A stretch of DNA of 64,000 nucleotides from Octopus sinensis (Eukaryota). The stretch is from the NCBI RefSeq assembly GCF_006345805.1, contig NC_043009.1, forward strand, positions 3,534,001 to 3,598,000. The letters are read 5' to 3'. Below the pieces are notes generated by a model, which searched no databases, had not been told where the DNA came from, and saw only the letters and a list, made by a program, of their open reading frames with translations. Shown here in pieces: positions 25,491-37,261 of the stretch (position 1 is its first letter; every line of letters starts with the position of its first letter). A program made the position numbers and the translations under genes.

Positions 25491-27671
25491 GAATATTTAT
25501 CAGTGTGATGGCTATGGTGTCGGTTTTCTGGAAGGAGCTAGTAAGAAAAAAGTTTGAAAGGAATACACCTGATACTAGAAAGGCAAATGGCTGTAGTAAG
25601 TCCATAATGAGGGATCAGATTAAGGAATACATCTTCCAAATGGATGAGAAACGGATACTCGTGTTCTGGAAGCAGGCAGATAAGAAACCTGCACGTATAT
25701 ACACGTGATACTTAAATGATGACAACTGTGTTATTGAGATTAAGGTCAATATGAGAGAATATGATGTGGCAGTGAAGTGTAAGGTTTGCAGCGAATTTTT
25801 TCCAAGATATTTTTTGATTACTGCAAATGATTTAAATACCAGTAACAAGAATTGAGAGGATAGAAATTTGTATAAAGGACTTCTTATGAGAATGATTTGA
25901 TCACTTGCTATGATTTACATGAATTGGGTTCCAAGTCTACAGCAAATCTTCAGCTGACTTTTTCATCGATGACAGCAGCTTTTAAAATTAGTAATGGTTA
26001 GACGCAACATGATGCTATAGAATTGTAGGATGTTAACGGGATGCCCAATTATGTCCAAGCGAGAAAACTGTTGAGGTGGTTGTAACCATTTATAAATTGA
26101 AAGAGGCATTATTTGCTACGCAGAGATTATTTGCTATGCACGAGCTGGTCTGGGAGAGATACTGAACAAACTTATGAGAAAAGAAATCCATCATTTTGAA
26201 AAGTAGCAGTTTTACTGAATTACTGCTGACCCTGTTAGCCACGACGAGCTTTAGGGGCAGATGGCGCTTCTGTAGGAGGTTAAGAGTCCTTGATTTGTAG
26301 TGAATTATATAATATTACATCGGGATGGAATAGTATATAAGACGGATAGCCTAAGAGACATTCGCCAAATTAAGGAGAAAAAACATGGTTTAATGTGGAT
26401 ATAGTAGACGCTTGTGAGAGATATACCAAATCTAAGATCAAAGAATGCATTGTCAACGATTATCCGTTGCTACGTAGTTTGAGTAGCGCTCATACTGAGT
26501 TGAGTTGCACTCATTCTGATTTGATGAGTGCATGGATAAAGGAAACAATCATACTTTAGTTAATCTACAAAGGTTGGAAAAAACAATCTAGGCACTACCT
26601 GATACTATTAATTCTGCTAGACACGGCTGAATAGAAAGGTACTATACGAAATCACCGAAATAGTTCTGATTGCTAGTTGGAAGATAAATAATAACGAGAG
26701 AATGGAATGTATATTCAATAACAACAAAATTAATTTTAAATGCCAGTAACAGAAAATAATGTTATGAAATGAAGCGTGTTTACATTAGTTCAGCAAACAC
26801 CATTCATAGTCTAGAATTCCGTTCGAAACTGTATAATTTCTATTAATAAGAGCTGTAAGAAGATACCACTTGTTAATCAAGGTCAGCCCTTATCGGAGTG
26901 GCATTTGAGGAAAGACGTTCCAGCTGTGACCAGCTTCTATAATTTTTGTTTGAAATAATGTTTATGGTTATATCCAATTTTTATGGTTATATCGTAATTT
27001 TTCTTTTATTTTCAGCATTTAGGATGTAAGATCAGAGATATAAATTTGAATTTCTTTCGCATGCTGGACATCCTTATATGTATACACTTAGAGACCTTCT
27101 TAGAACAATGCGGAAAAATCACAAGCGCCAATATTGTTATCCAATTGCAGAGATAATAATCCAAAATGTATTAATATAATTATAAAAAGAAGCTTGATAT
27201 AAACAATAAAGAATAAATATCAACATAAGCCTTATTTTACTACATTATATGTTATCAGTTTGCATTCAGATACTACGAAAAAAACAAAGCTCACCATTTG
27301 TTCTAGGTAGTAACAAAAAGGACAAGGTTAAAATATTTGGAGAAAGATTTATAAATTCGTATCATTTTCAGGACTTGGACAGTGTGAAGCTAATAAATAA
27401 CGAGACGTTATCTCAGTGTCATAGATAAATATCGTAGAGTCGAGAGATACACGAGATAAGCTGCTCTACATTACGGGCATAACGTGATAATGATATTTTC
27501 AGTGGAGACAATATTGCTCGGTATCCCGGGTAGATATCTGGAGAGAGAGAGAGAGAGAGAGGGAGAGAGACAACAGACAGACAGACGTGTATGTGTGCAT
27601 GTATGTATGGATGGATATTTACGTATACATATGTGTGCATCCAAATATCCATATATAATATAATTCTTATG

Positions 27672-27812
27672 ATGCGCCCTCTAAACCTCATCTGCGGGAT
27701 TCGACTACCAAATGTTATTATACAGTAGAACTTCCGTTACTGCATAACATGTAGAAATATCCCTAAAGTAATTATATATATATTATTATATATATATATA
27801 TATATATATATA

Positions 27813-27874
<62 letters not shown>

Positions 27875-27985
27875 ATAATATATATATATAATTACTTTAG
27901 GGATATTTCTACATGTTATGCAGTAACGGAAGTTCTACTGTATAATAACATTTGGTAGTCGAATCCCGCAGATTAGGTTTAGAGG

Positions 27986-27991
<6 letters not shown>
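27672..27991. repeat. Inverted duplication: 102-bp arms (101/102 identical) around a (TA)n spacer
   Basis: 27672-27773 is the reverse complement of 27890-27991 with one mismatch (checked base by base). Confidence 0.95.
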
Positions 27992-28024
<33 letters not shown>

Positions 28025-28383
28025 CGAGATGGAATGAACAGGTTTTATTACATATATCTACAATTAATTTAATTCTTCATTATCAGCTGTTAATTGCCGA
28101 ACGGTACTTATAGTATACGTAATATTATATTTATATGATTCAACCATAGCTGTATCCATTCGCATCGTCAGGTGATCAGAGTCAAAGTATTGCTATATTA
28201 TAGCTATTGCTATAATACTATATTGCATATGATTTATGTATCATTCAGCAAATAACAACAAAGATATGTAATGATATGTCATAATACATACGTGAATACA
28301 AAATAATAAAGAAACTGCGTGGTATAACATTAAATAATATTCCAGGAATTTAACAGAAACGCAACAAGCAGAAAACTTGGGTG

Positions 28384-28500
28384 CAAGACGTAGCTAATTC
28401 CTCATCAGTCATCGTCCGAAAGTCCATAAGAGTTTCGCAGCTGGTACGGATCTTTTATGATAATTTGGACGATGATTGATGAAGAATTAGCTAAGTCTTG
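28384..28500. repeat. Long imperfect hairpin (37-bp outer stem plus 8-bp inner stem)
   Basis: CAAGACGTAGCTAATTCCTCATCAGTCATCGTCCGAA pairs with TTTGGACGATGATTGATGAAGAATTAGCTAAGTCTTG (2 mismatches, 2 G-U). Inner stem CATAAGAG/CTTTTATG. Confidence 0.85.
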
Positions 28501-28722
28501 TATGTAAATTTTCCATTTGCTGTGTTTCTCTTAATTCTTTGGAAAAATATATACATGTATGTATGCATGCTTGCGTGTGCGTATATATGTAAGTCTGTAT
28601 GATTGTATGTAAGTATCTATGTATGTATGCATGCATTTATGTGTGTATATATGTAATGCTGAACGCTCAGTGCATGTCGTGGTCACGGAGGGTTGTAATG
28701 AGTTTGAATTGACGAGTCCTGG

Positions 28723-29252
28723 GTTTTAACTGTTCAGATATCGCAACACCAGTATTTAAGGAGTTTTCAGGAGTAGCCGTCACATACCTGTTTTAACTTT
28801 TTAGATATCGCAACACCAGTATTTAAGGAGTTTTCATAAGCAGCCAACACATACCTGCTTAACTGTTCAGCTATCACAACAACAGTATTTAAGGAGTTTT
28901 CAGGAGCAGCCAACACGTACCTGTTTTAACTTTTCAGATATCGCAACACCAGTAGTTAAGGAGTTTTCAGGAGTAGCCGTCACATATCTGTTTTAGCTGT
29001 TCAGATATCGCAACACCAGTATTTAAGGAGTTTTCAGGAGTAGCCGTCACATACCTGTTTTAGCTGTTCAGATATCGTAACACCAGTATTTAAGGAGTTT
29101 CCAGGAGTAGCCATCACACACCTATTTTAACTGTTCAGATATCGCAACACCAGTATTTAAGGAGTTTTCAGGAGTAACCGTCACATAACTGTTTTAGCTG
29201 TTCAGATATCGCAACACCAGTATTTAAGGAGTTTTCAGGAGCAGCCATCACA
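28723..29252. repeat. 67-bp minisatellite, about 7.9 copies
   Basis: Unit GTTTTAACTGTTCAGATATCGCAACACCAGTATTTAAGGAGTTTTCAGGAGTAGCCGTCACATACCT starts at 28723, 28790, 28857, 28923, 28990, 29057, 29124 and 29191. Confidence 0.95.
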
Positions 29253-29959
29253 GAATTTTAAATTCCAACAGAATATTTAATGCAGCAAAACGTACTGAAT
29301 ATTTCCTTGTATATGCTTTTCGTGTGTGATTTGCGTGAGGAACTTGCTGCTATTTTTAGGAGATTCAGCGACCTCGTGCTCGGCCTGAAGTGTACTACTG
29401 TTATCAATTAAGAAATGATACTAAACTAGAATCAATACTTTCTTCTCTTCTTTTCCTTTTTTTTCTCTCTCTCTTCAGATTGCCGGAATCAGAGCCGTTT
29501 TTGTTTCTTTACACTTCTCTGCTCAATTCTGATCTAATATTGAAAGCTACTTTACAGATAACTGACCAACACTTTGATATTTGTGGAGTAAAACACATTA
29601 ATCAATGTATGAATGACTTTCAAAAAGACGTCTTCGAGCATAATGAAACAACACAGACGCATATAAAAAGACGAAGAAGCCTGAAGTGATTTACAATGTT
29701 TACAGGTCTTTGTGTGTTTTTATTACTATAGCCATTCATTCCGATATTATGGTTTCATTAGAAATTTTCATGTTATGGTTATTGTATATTATTAAACAAA
29801 TATAATGCAACAATTTTTTCTTATATAAAACAATATATTTAACAGAAACTATTTATGGGAATTCGCTAGTACATAACAAACATAATAATAATAATGATAA
29901 TAATAATAATAATAATAACGATGATGATGATGATGATAATAATAATAACAAAAATAATG

Positions 29960-30000
<41 letters not shown>

Positions 30001-30001
<1 letters not shown>

Positions 30002-30459
30002 GGCTACAGCAAATATTCTGCTCAATACCACAGATTTGCTTGTCAGTTGTTTGACTTTAACCAGTTGAGCATGTCCCTTAGTGGCTGACGATATGTGCAT
30101 CTCTGATCACGAGCAGAAGTAGTGGGGGAGCATCATAGCCATGTGTTGAGAGGGATTCTTTGGGGTATTGAATAATTCACCTCTGGAAACATGGGTGGTT
30201 CTTTCAACATCCTTAAACAACCCTTATTCAGGGACCGTTTGAGCGGGATGGGCTACTCAACCTGAAGAAAATTCTAACTGGGCCCCACCTGAAAGGTTAT
30301 GTGCTGTTTATTTTAATATGAGATCATCATTTCGCGCACATATGGTTGTGATGCATGTGCCTGGTGTACCCTTATCAGACGGGTAGTCATGATGGGTATA
30401 TTGGGCTTCGTATATTTTACCCCAGTGTCACTTTGATGGCATGAACTGCTCTCTCACTC
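30001..30459 (+). mobile_element. (TAA)n-bracketed non-coding interspersed element (family E), 5'-truncated; sense strand assumed
   Basis: Highly similar to 57774-58319 and to the reverse complement of 60447-60998. Flanked by (TAA)n on both sides. Confidence 0.9.
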
Positions 30460-30529
<70 letters not shown>

Positions 30530-30535
30530 TAATTA

Positions 30536-30874
30536 GCATCTCAAGGCGACTACAGTACCAGTGATTGTAGGATCTCTAGGCATGATAAAAAAAAGTACTG
30601 AAACCTATTTGAAAATGATACCAGGCTTACCATCCCTTGAGGAAGTGCAAAAAATCGTGCTATATGCAACGACTCATGGACTGAGAAGAGCATTATCGCT
30701 GTGGAAAAAACATCCTTTCATAATTTTATTTATTTATTTATATTTTGAATACATATTTTACCTGTGAATTTGCGTGTGTAATCTGGGAATGCATACAATG
30801 AGCTTCTCTGCCCTAGGTGCACGGAAAACACTCGACGAGAAACGGAAGAAAATTTTAAGAAAGAAGTAAAAAAC
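30536..30874 (+). mobile_element. R4/Dong-like (RLE) LINE 3' end, 5'-truncated, inserted in (TAA)n
   Basis: HLKATTVPVIVGSLGMIKKSTETYLKMIPGLPSLEEVQKIVLYATTHGLRRAL is a typical C-terminus of RLE non-LTR elements (VPVIIGALG...LQK..L.GT..ILR). Followed by a 3' UTR and (TAA)n. Confidence 0.8.
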
Positions 30875-30891
30875 ATAATAATAATAATAAT

Positions 30892-30925
<34 letters not shown>

Positions 30926-30956
30926 TAATAATAATGATGATGATGATGATGATGAT

Positions 30957-31719
30957 CCAGCGAATAGCCCCTTTACATGAAAACTACGCCCTGGACAGAG
31001 CACGGAATTGGTACGAAGATAAACCAGAAGGAGTCACCGAGAACAAGGAATTTAAGATAATGTGGGATTTTACAATCCAGTGTGTCTCCCTAATTGATGC
31101 TCGGAGACCAGATAATGTTGCGGTATATGAAAGAAAAAAGGGAACCAAAGATTATAAATATTCTTTTCTACTCTTGGCACAGGGCTCAAAATTTTGGTAG
31201 AGGAGGCCAATCGATTAGATTGATCGCAGTACGCAACTGGTACTTAATTTATCGACCCCGAAAGGATGAAAGTCAAAGTCGACCTCGGTGGAATTTGAAT
31301 TCAGTGAGTAAAGACAGACGAAATACCGCTAAGCATTTCGCCCGGCGTGCTAACGTTTCTGCTGCGTTCAAGATTGTAAATATTGCAATACCTGGGGAGG
31401 TACGGATAAGGGATAATAAACTAGAAGAGATTGAAAAGTACAGAACACTAAAAGACCAAAATGCAAGAAAATGAACTATGAATAGAATGTCTGCCATTCC
31501 AATAATTGTAGGGGCACCACACCGAACAAGAGCGCCCAAGATCAAGAAATGTGTCAGGGAAATGAGAATTGACATGTGACCAGAGCAAGCCTCAAATCTG
31601 CTCTGATGGAGGCAGCTAAGATTTTGAGATTGGTACTTGGACGTTGAATGATGAAGTTTCAAAGCTTATAATGTGAGAGACCCTGTGAGACCTCTTACCA
31701 AGCATCTGAGACGTAAAAC
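30957..31719 (+). mobile_element. Second R4/Dong-like LINE 3' end with a degenerate PD-(D/E)xK endonuclease, interrupted by a SINE
   Basis: NWYEDKPEGVTENKEFKIMWDFTIQ...ARRPDNV, then after the SINE KIVNIAIPGEVRI...EIEKYRTLK...AIPIIVGA...AKILRLVL. Confidence 0.85.
31163..31369 (-). mobile_element. SINE family B inserted into the Dong-like LINE
   Basis: Family B sequence flanked by a 15-bp TSD, AAGATTATAAATATT (31148-31162) and AAGATTGTAAATATT (31370-31384). Confidence 0.9.
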
Positions 31720-31830
31720 ACCACCACCACCACCACCACCACCAACAACAACAACACAACAACAACAACAACAACAACTACAACAACAACAACAACAATA
31801 ATAATAATAATGATTAAAGTACAGATTTCA

Positions 31831-32163
31831 CAGCCTGCTCGTGAAATTAACGTGTAAGTGGCTGAGCACTCCACAGACACGTGCACCCTTAACGTAGTTC
31901 TCGGGGATATTCAGCGTGACACAGAGAGTGACAAGGCCGGCCCCTTGAAATACAGGTACAACAGAAACAGGAAGTAAGAGTGAGAGAAAGTTGTGGTGAA
32001 AGAGTACAGCAGGGATCACCACCATCCCCTGCCGGAGCCTCGTGGAGCTTTTTTAGGTGTTTTCGCTCAATAAACACTCACAACGCCCGGTCTGGGAATC
32101 GAAACCGCAATCCTATGACCGCGAGTCCGCTGCCCTAACCACTGGGCCATTGCGCCTCCACAC
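31831..32163 (-). mobile_element. SINE family C
   Basis: Minus head GTGGAGGCGCAATGGCCCAGTGGTTAGGGCAGCGGACTCGCGG...GGTTTCGATTCCC with clear A and B boxes. Confidence 0.9.
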
Positions 32164-32182
32164 AATAATAATGATAATAATG

Positions 32183-32247
<65 letters not shown>

Positions 32248-32689
32248 AAGAAGAAGAAGAAGAAGAAGAAGAAGAAGAAAAAGAATTTCTCATATTGTCA
32301 CATAGCAAATGCCTATACATACCTATGGTTATATATATATTGGACTTATTTGGCCCTAACAGTTCATCGATATTTACATTATAGAAACAGGTGTATGTAA
32401 AAATGCAAGAGGCCTTCGTGATACAAACGAAAAAACATAAAAGCACATAATAAAAAATAAATACGATAAAACATTCGCTGACGCTCTATATATGACAGCA
32501 TCCACAGCCACGTCAGGAATACATCGTTATTACAAGGTTTACTTTGTTACATTTAGTAGTTGTACCTGACAAGTGTAAAGGTATTTCTATAGTAATTTGT
32601 TCTCTGTATACTCTGAGTTCAAATACTGCGTCGAAATGTCCATCAAAATTTATGCCTTCGTGATCAACAAAATACCCTCCTTCTCGAGC

Positions 32690-32973
32690 CATACCTGGCT
32701 CATATGGGCTGGTTTCCCGGTTTCCTTGGCGTATAGGCTCCCCACCTTGACGGGACGCCAGTCCGTCGCAGGTGAACTGCAAGATGCAGCAGGAAAGAGT
32801 GAGAGAAAGTTGTGGCGAAAGACTCAACAGAAGTTCGCCATTACCTTCTGCCGGAGCGACGTGGGGCTTAGGTTTTTCGCTCATAAACACACACATCACG
32901 CGGTCTGAGATTCGAACCCGCGATCCCTCGACCGCGAGTCCGCTTCTCTAACCACTAGGCCATGTGCCTCCAC
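32690..32973 (-). mobile_element. SINE family C-related copy with a different 3' part
   Basis: Head GTGGAGGCACATGGCCTAGTGGTTAGAG...GGGTTCGAATCTC. Shares GAGTGAGAGAAAGTTGTGG with 31831-32163. Confidence 0.8.
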
Positions 32974-33346
32974 GATCAACAAAATACATATTATTACTAC
33001 ATTCGGAACAGTGAATAAACTTGTGTGATCCCTCTTCTGTAAATAAAGAAAAGCTTCCGATGAATATATTCTGAATACTCGAGAACAAAATCAAATAACA
33101 GTGAACTGAACCAAGTAAATCAATTTCTACTTGGAAGTATTTCATTTCAGCCATCTATGTTATTGCTATTATTTAGAAAAGAATGAAGCTAGTAAAATTT
33201 CCTTTTCATTCTCCAATACCATCTGTGGAGACAAATATAGGTTCAAATAAATATTACAGCAAAGTGACTCTCTTGCTCTATCTCTCACTTTCTGTATGTA
33301 TGTATGTATGTATGTATGTATGTATGTATGTATGTATGTATGTATG

Positions 33347-33612
33347 CCTTTGTTAGGGCATCCTTCTAGGAGAGGTTAACTCTGGTAACTGTGATAACTC
33401 CGACATAAAACCTGCGGATCAGTGGTTACCGATGATGTTGACTTGTTCTTCTTTTCGAATTATGGCTCCTGTTGCTTAGTGAGTGGGATTGACTCAGTGC
33501 ACAGCCTTTCCTCACTTTAAAAATAAATTTTCTTGTACAGGCATTGCACGATAACACCATTGATTAAGCTTCATGCAATGGCCATACTCGATAACGAGGG
33601 GGCAACCACAAT
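33347..33612 (+). mobile_element. Short non-coding RTE-derived element sharing the 3' tail of the LINE at 51899-52576
   Basis: 33564-33612 matches 52528-52576 at 46/49 nt. The 5' part GGGCATCCTTCTAGGAGAGGTTAACTCTG resembles RTE 5' UTR motifs. Embedded in (TGTA)n on both sides. Confidence 0.75.
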
Positions 33613-33843
33613 GTATGTATGTATGTATGTATGTATGTATGTATGCATGTATGTATGTATGTATGTATGTATGCATGTATGTATGCATGTATGTATGGTT
33701 GTATGTGTTATGAATATCTTATATATGTATGCACATTTTATATGTGTATGTATGTGTTATATATGCATGTATAATATAAGTATATTTGCGTTACACATGT
33801 ATGTCTTATATATGTACATATGTATATGTGTATGTATATATAT

Positions 33844-33889
<46 letters not shown>

Positions 33890-35200
33890 GAGTGTAGATA
33901 TGCGCGTGTGTGTGTGTATTTGTGTGTTTGTGTGTGTGTGTGTGCGTGTTTGTGTGTGAAGGACTCTGCCGTCGGTTTTGAGGTATAAGAATGCAACAAC
34001 CTGCAAATACGTAGTCAGTCATAAAGTTTACGTCGAATGCGTGACATTTGAGTTCCTACAAGGAATTGCAAAGAAGCCTTCACATCTAGTAAATATGGGT
34101 ATTACGGATCTGTACAGGTGGTATATTCCATTTACAACCTCTTTTCTACTTTGCCTTGTTCCCCTTCGCCTGATAGTTTTGCTTATAAAATGTCTCTTGT
34201 ACCATTTTGACACGACGGTCTCCAGTTCGTTCGCTCCAAGACTCTGTGTGTATGCATGTATGTATGTATGCATCTGTATTTATGCAAACATACAAAGAGA
34301 CGCGTGCGCGCGTGTTTCTGTGATTGTGTCTGCGCGTGCGTGTTAATAACCAATTGTAGAGCTAGATACTTCGAATATTTCACACATACAACAATATTTC
34401 TTTGGTAGTGTAACATTGTTGAAATTTATTTAATAAAATATGCATACTTCAAGTTTAGAGCGGTATTATCTTAATATCCGCGTATAAATGGCTTATATGA
34501 ATTTAAACTTGAAAAAAACACCTGCCTGATTAAATATATTCACGTATGTTATATATCTCCCGGCTCAGAATTGACACAAGACTATAAAATATATACCCAT
34601 ACACTATCAGCATATGCGTTCGGCAAAAAGATGAGAATGAGGATATTACTGGTTGTCTACACGTCAATTTTGCGAGAAAGCAAAACGGAAACTTTCAAAA
34701 ATTTTGAGGATTTATATAGGTGATAACTCTTCTTAAATCTTAAGTGTGAATTTTAATGGCTACATTGTTATCGGTGAAGTACACCCTGAGTTACCATTCT
34801 AGAAGACTATTTTTGAAATGTCCAACAGAGAAATCCAAATAATTTATACGAATACATATGGTAATTAACAGAATAGGCTCATTATTACAACATGGAATAT
34901 CAGAATTTTTAATGATCAAAGTTGTCTAGAATGGAAATAAAGAATGTGATATTTGCGAGGAAGAGAAACGTTTCGACCTGAAATATTAGTTTCCTCTGAC
35001 CGGAAAATAATTTGGTAAGTGTAAATTTTTCTGATTACACCTCGTCTCTTTTACTTGGCTGAAGTATCCCAATCACGGGCATGTGCGTAAGGTTATATAC
35101 TTTGAAATGTGACACATTTTTCGTTTTTCTTTTGTTATTTTCTTCATCCTTTCTGATATTTACCATGCACAGTACAATTCTTTATACATAGTCCTGTGTC

Positions 35201-35530
35201 TGTGAAGCTATGTGGTTAAATAGTCAGGCTCAGAATCATGAGGTAGTGAGTTCGTTTCCTGGGCGGGGTTCTGTGTCGTGTTCTTGATCAAGACACTTTA
35301 TTTCATGTTCCAGTTCAGTCAGCTGTAGAAATGCGTTACAATGTCACCAGTGCCAAGGTGTATCGGCCGCTTTGCGCCTTCCCCTTCAATAACACCGGTA
35401 TAGAGGGGAGGCTGGTATGCATGGACGTTTGCTGGATTTCCATAAACAGCTTTGTCAGGATCTGTGCTTCGGGGGGGGAGGGCTTTTAGGAGCAATCCGA
35501 TGGTTATTTATGACCTAAAACGATCTTTAT
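35201..35530 (+). mobile_element. SINE family D
   Basis: ATGTGGTTAAA...GAGTTCGTTTCC...TTCTTGATCAAGACACTTTATTTC...CAGCTGTAGAAATG. Confidence 0.8.
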
Positions 35531-35553
35531 CCTTTTTACCCTTATATACATAC

Positions 35554-35633
<80 letters not shown>

Positions 35634-35842
35634 TCTTTTAGTCTTTTACTTGTTTCAGTCATTTGACTGTGGCCATGCTGGAGCAGCACCTCTGTGCGAA
35701 GAAACCGACCCCAGGGCTTAATTTTTGTAAGCCTAGTACTTATTCTATCAGTCTTTTTTGCCGAACCGCTAAGTTACGGGGACGTAAACACACCAGCATG
35801 TGTTGTCAAGCCATGTTCAGGGACAGACAAAGACACACAAAT

Positions 35843-37261
35843 GATGATGGCAATCCCTCAAGGTCGAATATGATGGTCTACGCGCAAATTTACTGGTGAG
35901 TCCGTAGGTGACCGATAAGACCAATTCTTGCTTGAAAAGATCGGTCGCAGTGCGGACATCTAGTGCCGGAAGGGAGAGTCGCACGTGGTTGTTGTTGGCG
36001 CTCCTTCCGTCGTCGTCTTTTCTCCTCCAGCTCTGCAGACCTTTTCGACTCGAAAGTCGCCGTTCCCTCATGGATGGTGGTTTTCGAGAGTGGTCTGTGT
36101 TTTGCCGTTTCCTCCCAGTTAGTAAAGTCGATGTCACACTTTTTGAGGTTCGTTTACAGGGAGTCCTTGTAGCGTTTCTTCTGGTCTCCTTTTGTACGCT
36201 TGCCGTCTTTAAGTTGGGAGTAGAAGATCTGTTTGGGAAGTCGTTCGTCAGTCATTCTAACCACGTGGCCGCTCCATCTTAGTTGACCTTTGATGACTTA
36301 AGCTTCGATGCTGGTCATTTTTGCTTCTTGTAGCACGCTGACGTTAGTTCTTCTGTCTTCCCAGCTGATGTTAAGGATTTTCCGAAGATAGCGTTGGTGA
36401 AATTTCTCGAGCGTTTTCAGGTGGTGACTATACGGGGTCCAGGTTTCGGATGCGTAAAGGAGGGTTGGAATAATGACTGCCCTGTACACCATGAGTTTGG
36501 TTTCTGTTCGGATGTCCCGATCAGCAAAAACTCTTGTTCGAAGCTTGCCGAAAGCTGTTCCTGCACACTTCAGACGGTGTTGGATTTCATCGCTGAGGTC
36601 TACGTTTGCTGACCGATGGCTCCCAAGGTAGCAGAAATTGTTCACATTTTCCAGTGGAATTCCTTCTAGTTGAATCGATGACGGGTTGTCAACACGGGCA
36701 TTGGGAGGAGGTTGGTAGAGTAAGTGAGTCTTCTTGATGTTGATGCTCAGTCCAAGTTTAGTATATGCATGATGAAAAGCATTTAGGATCTGTTGGAGGT
36801 GATCCTCTCTGTAAGCTGCTACACTGTTGTCGTCGGCATATTGGAACTCTAGCAAGCTTCGCGCCATTGTCTTTGACGTACTTTTGAGGCGAGTGAGGTT
36901 GGAAAGATTGCCGTCCATTCTGTACGAGATCTCGATACCAGGTGGAAGGTTATCTCGTATGATATGCAACACTTTCGCGATAAAGATGGTAAAGAGAGTT
37001 GGCGCTATCACGCAGCCTTGCTTCACTCCAGAGGTGACTTTAAAGGGCTCAGAACTGCCTCCGTCGGTCTGGACTCTGGCGTGCATATTGGCGTGGAGGA
37101 GTTTGAGGATCCGGATGAAATTATCTGGGCATCCATACTGGGCGAGAATATCCCAGAGGAGCTCTCGCGAGACACGATGAAAGACTTTGGGTAGGTCGAT
37201 AAAGGACAAATAGAGCGGTTGGTGTTGCACACGACATTTTTCTTGTAGCTGTCGCAGCGTG
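35843..37261 (-). mobile_element. 5'-truncated RTE-clade LINE with 13-bp TSD
   Basis: TSD AAGACACACAAAT at 35830-35842 and 37262-37274. 3' UTR ends GAGGGATTGCCATCATCAT. ORF2 is described in the next entry. Confidence 0.95.
35890..37261 (-). pseudogene. RTE ORF2 fragment: reverse transcriptase plus C-terminal C2H2 knuckle, two in-frame stops
   Basis: [74 protein letters not shown]. Premature TAA at 36298-36300 and 36154-36156, same frame throughout. Confidence 0.95.

Noticed and set aside
25500-26300. Possible decayed LTR or LINE coding sequence after the RTE fragment
   Set aside because: Purine-rich and coding-like, but no diagnostic motif could be read.
28723-29252. 67-bp array as a CRISPR locus or coding repeat
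   Set aside because: Units are contiguous with no unique spacers, there are no cas genes, the context is eukaryotic, and the unit length is not a multiple of 3.
34960-35005. Hammerhead-like GGTCGAAACGTT on minus
   Set aside because: The CUGANGA core and stem II cannot be recovered.
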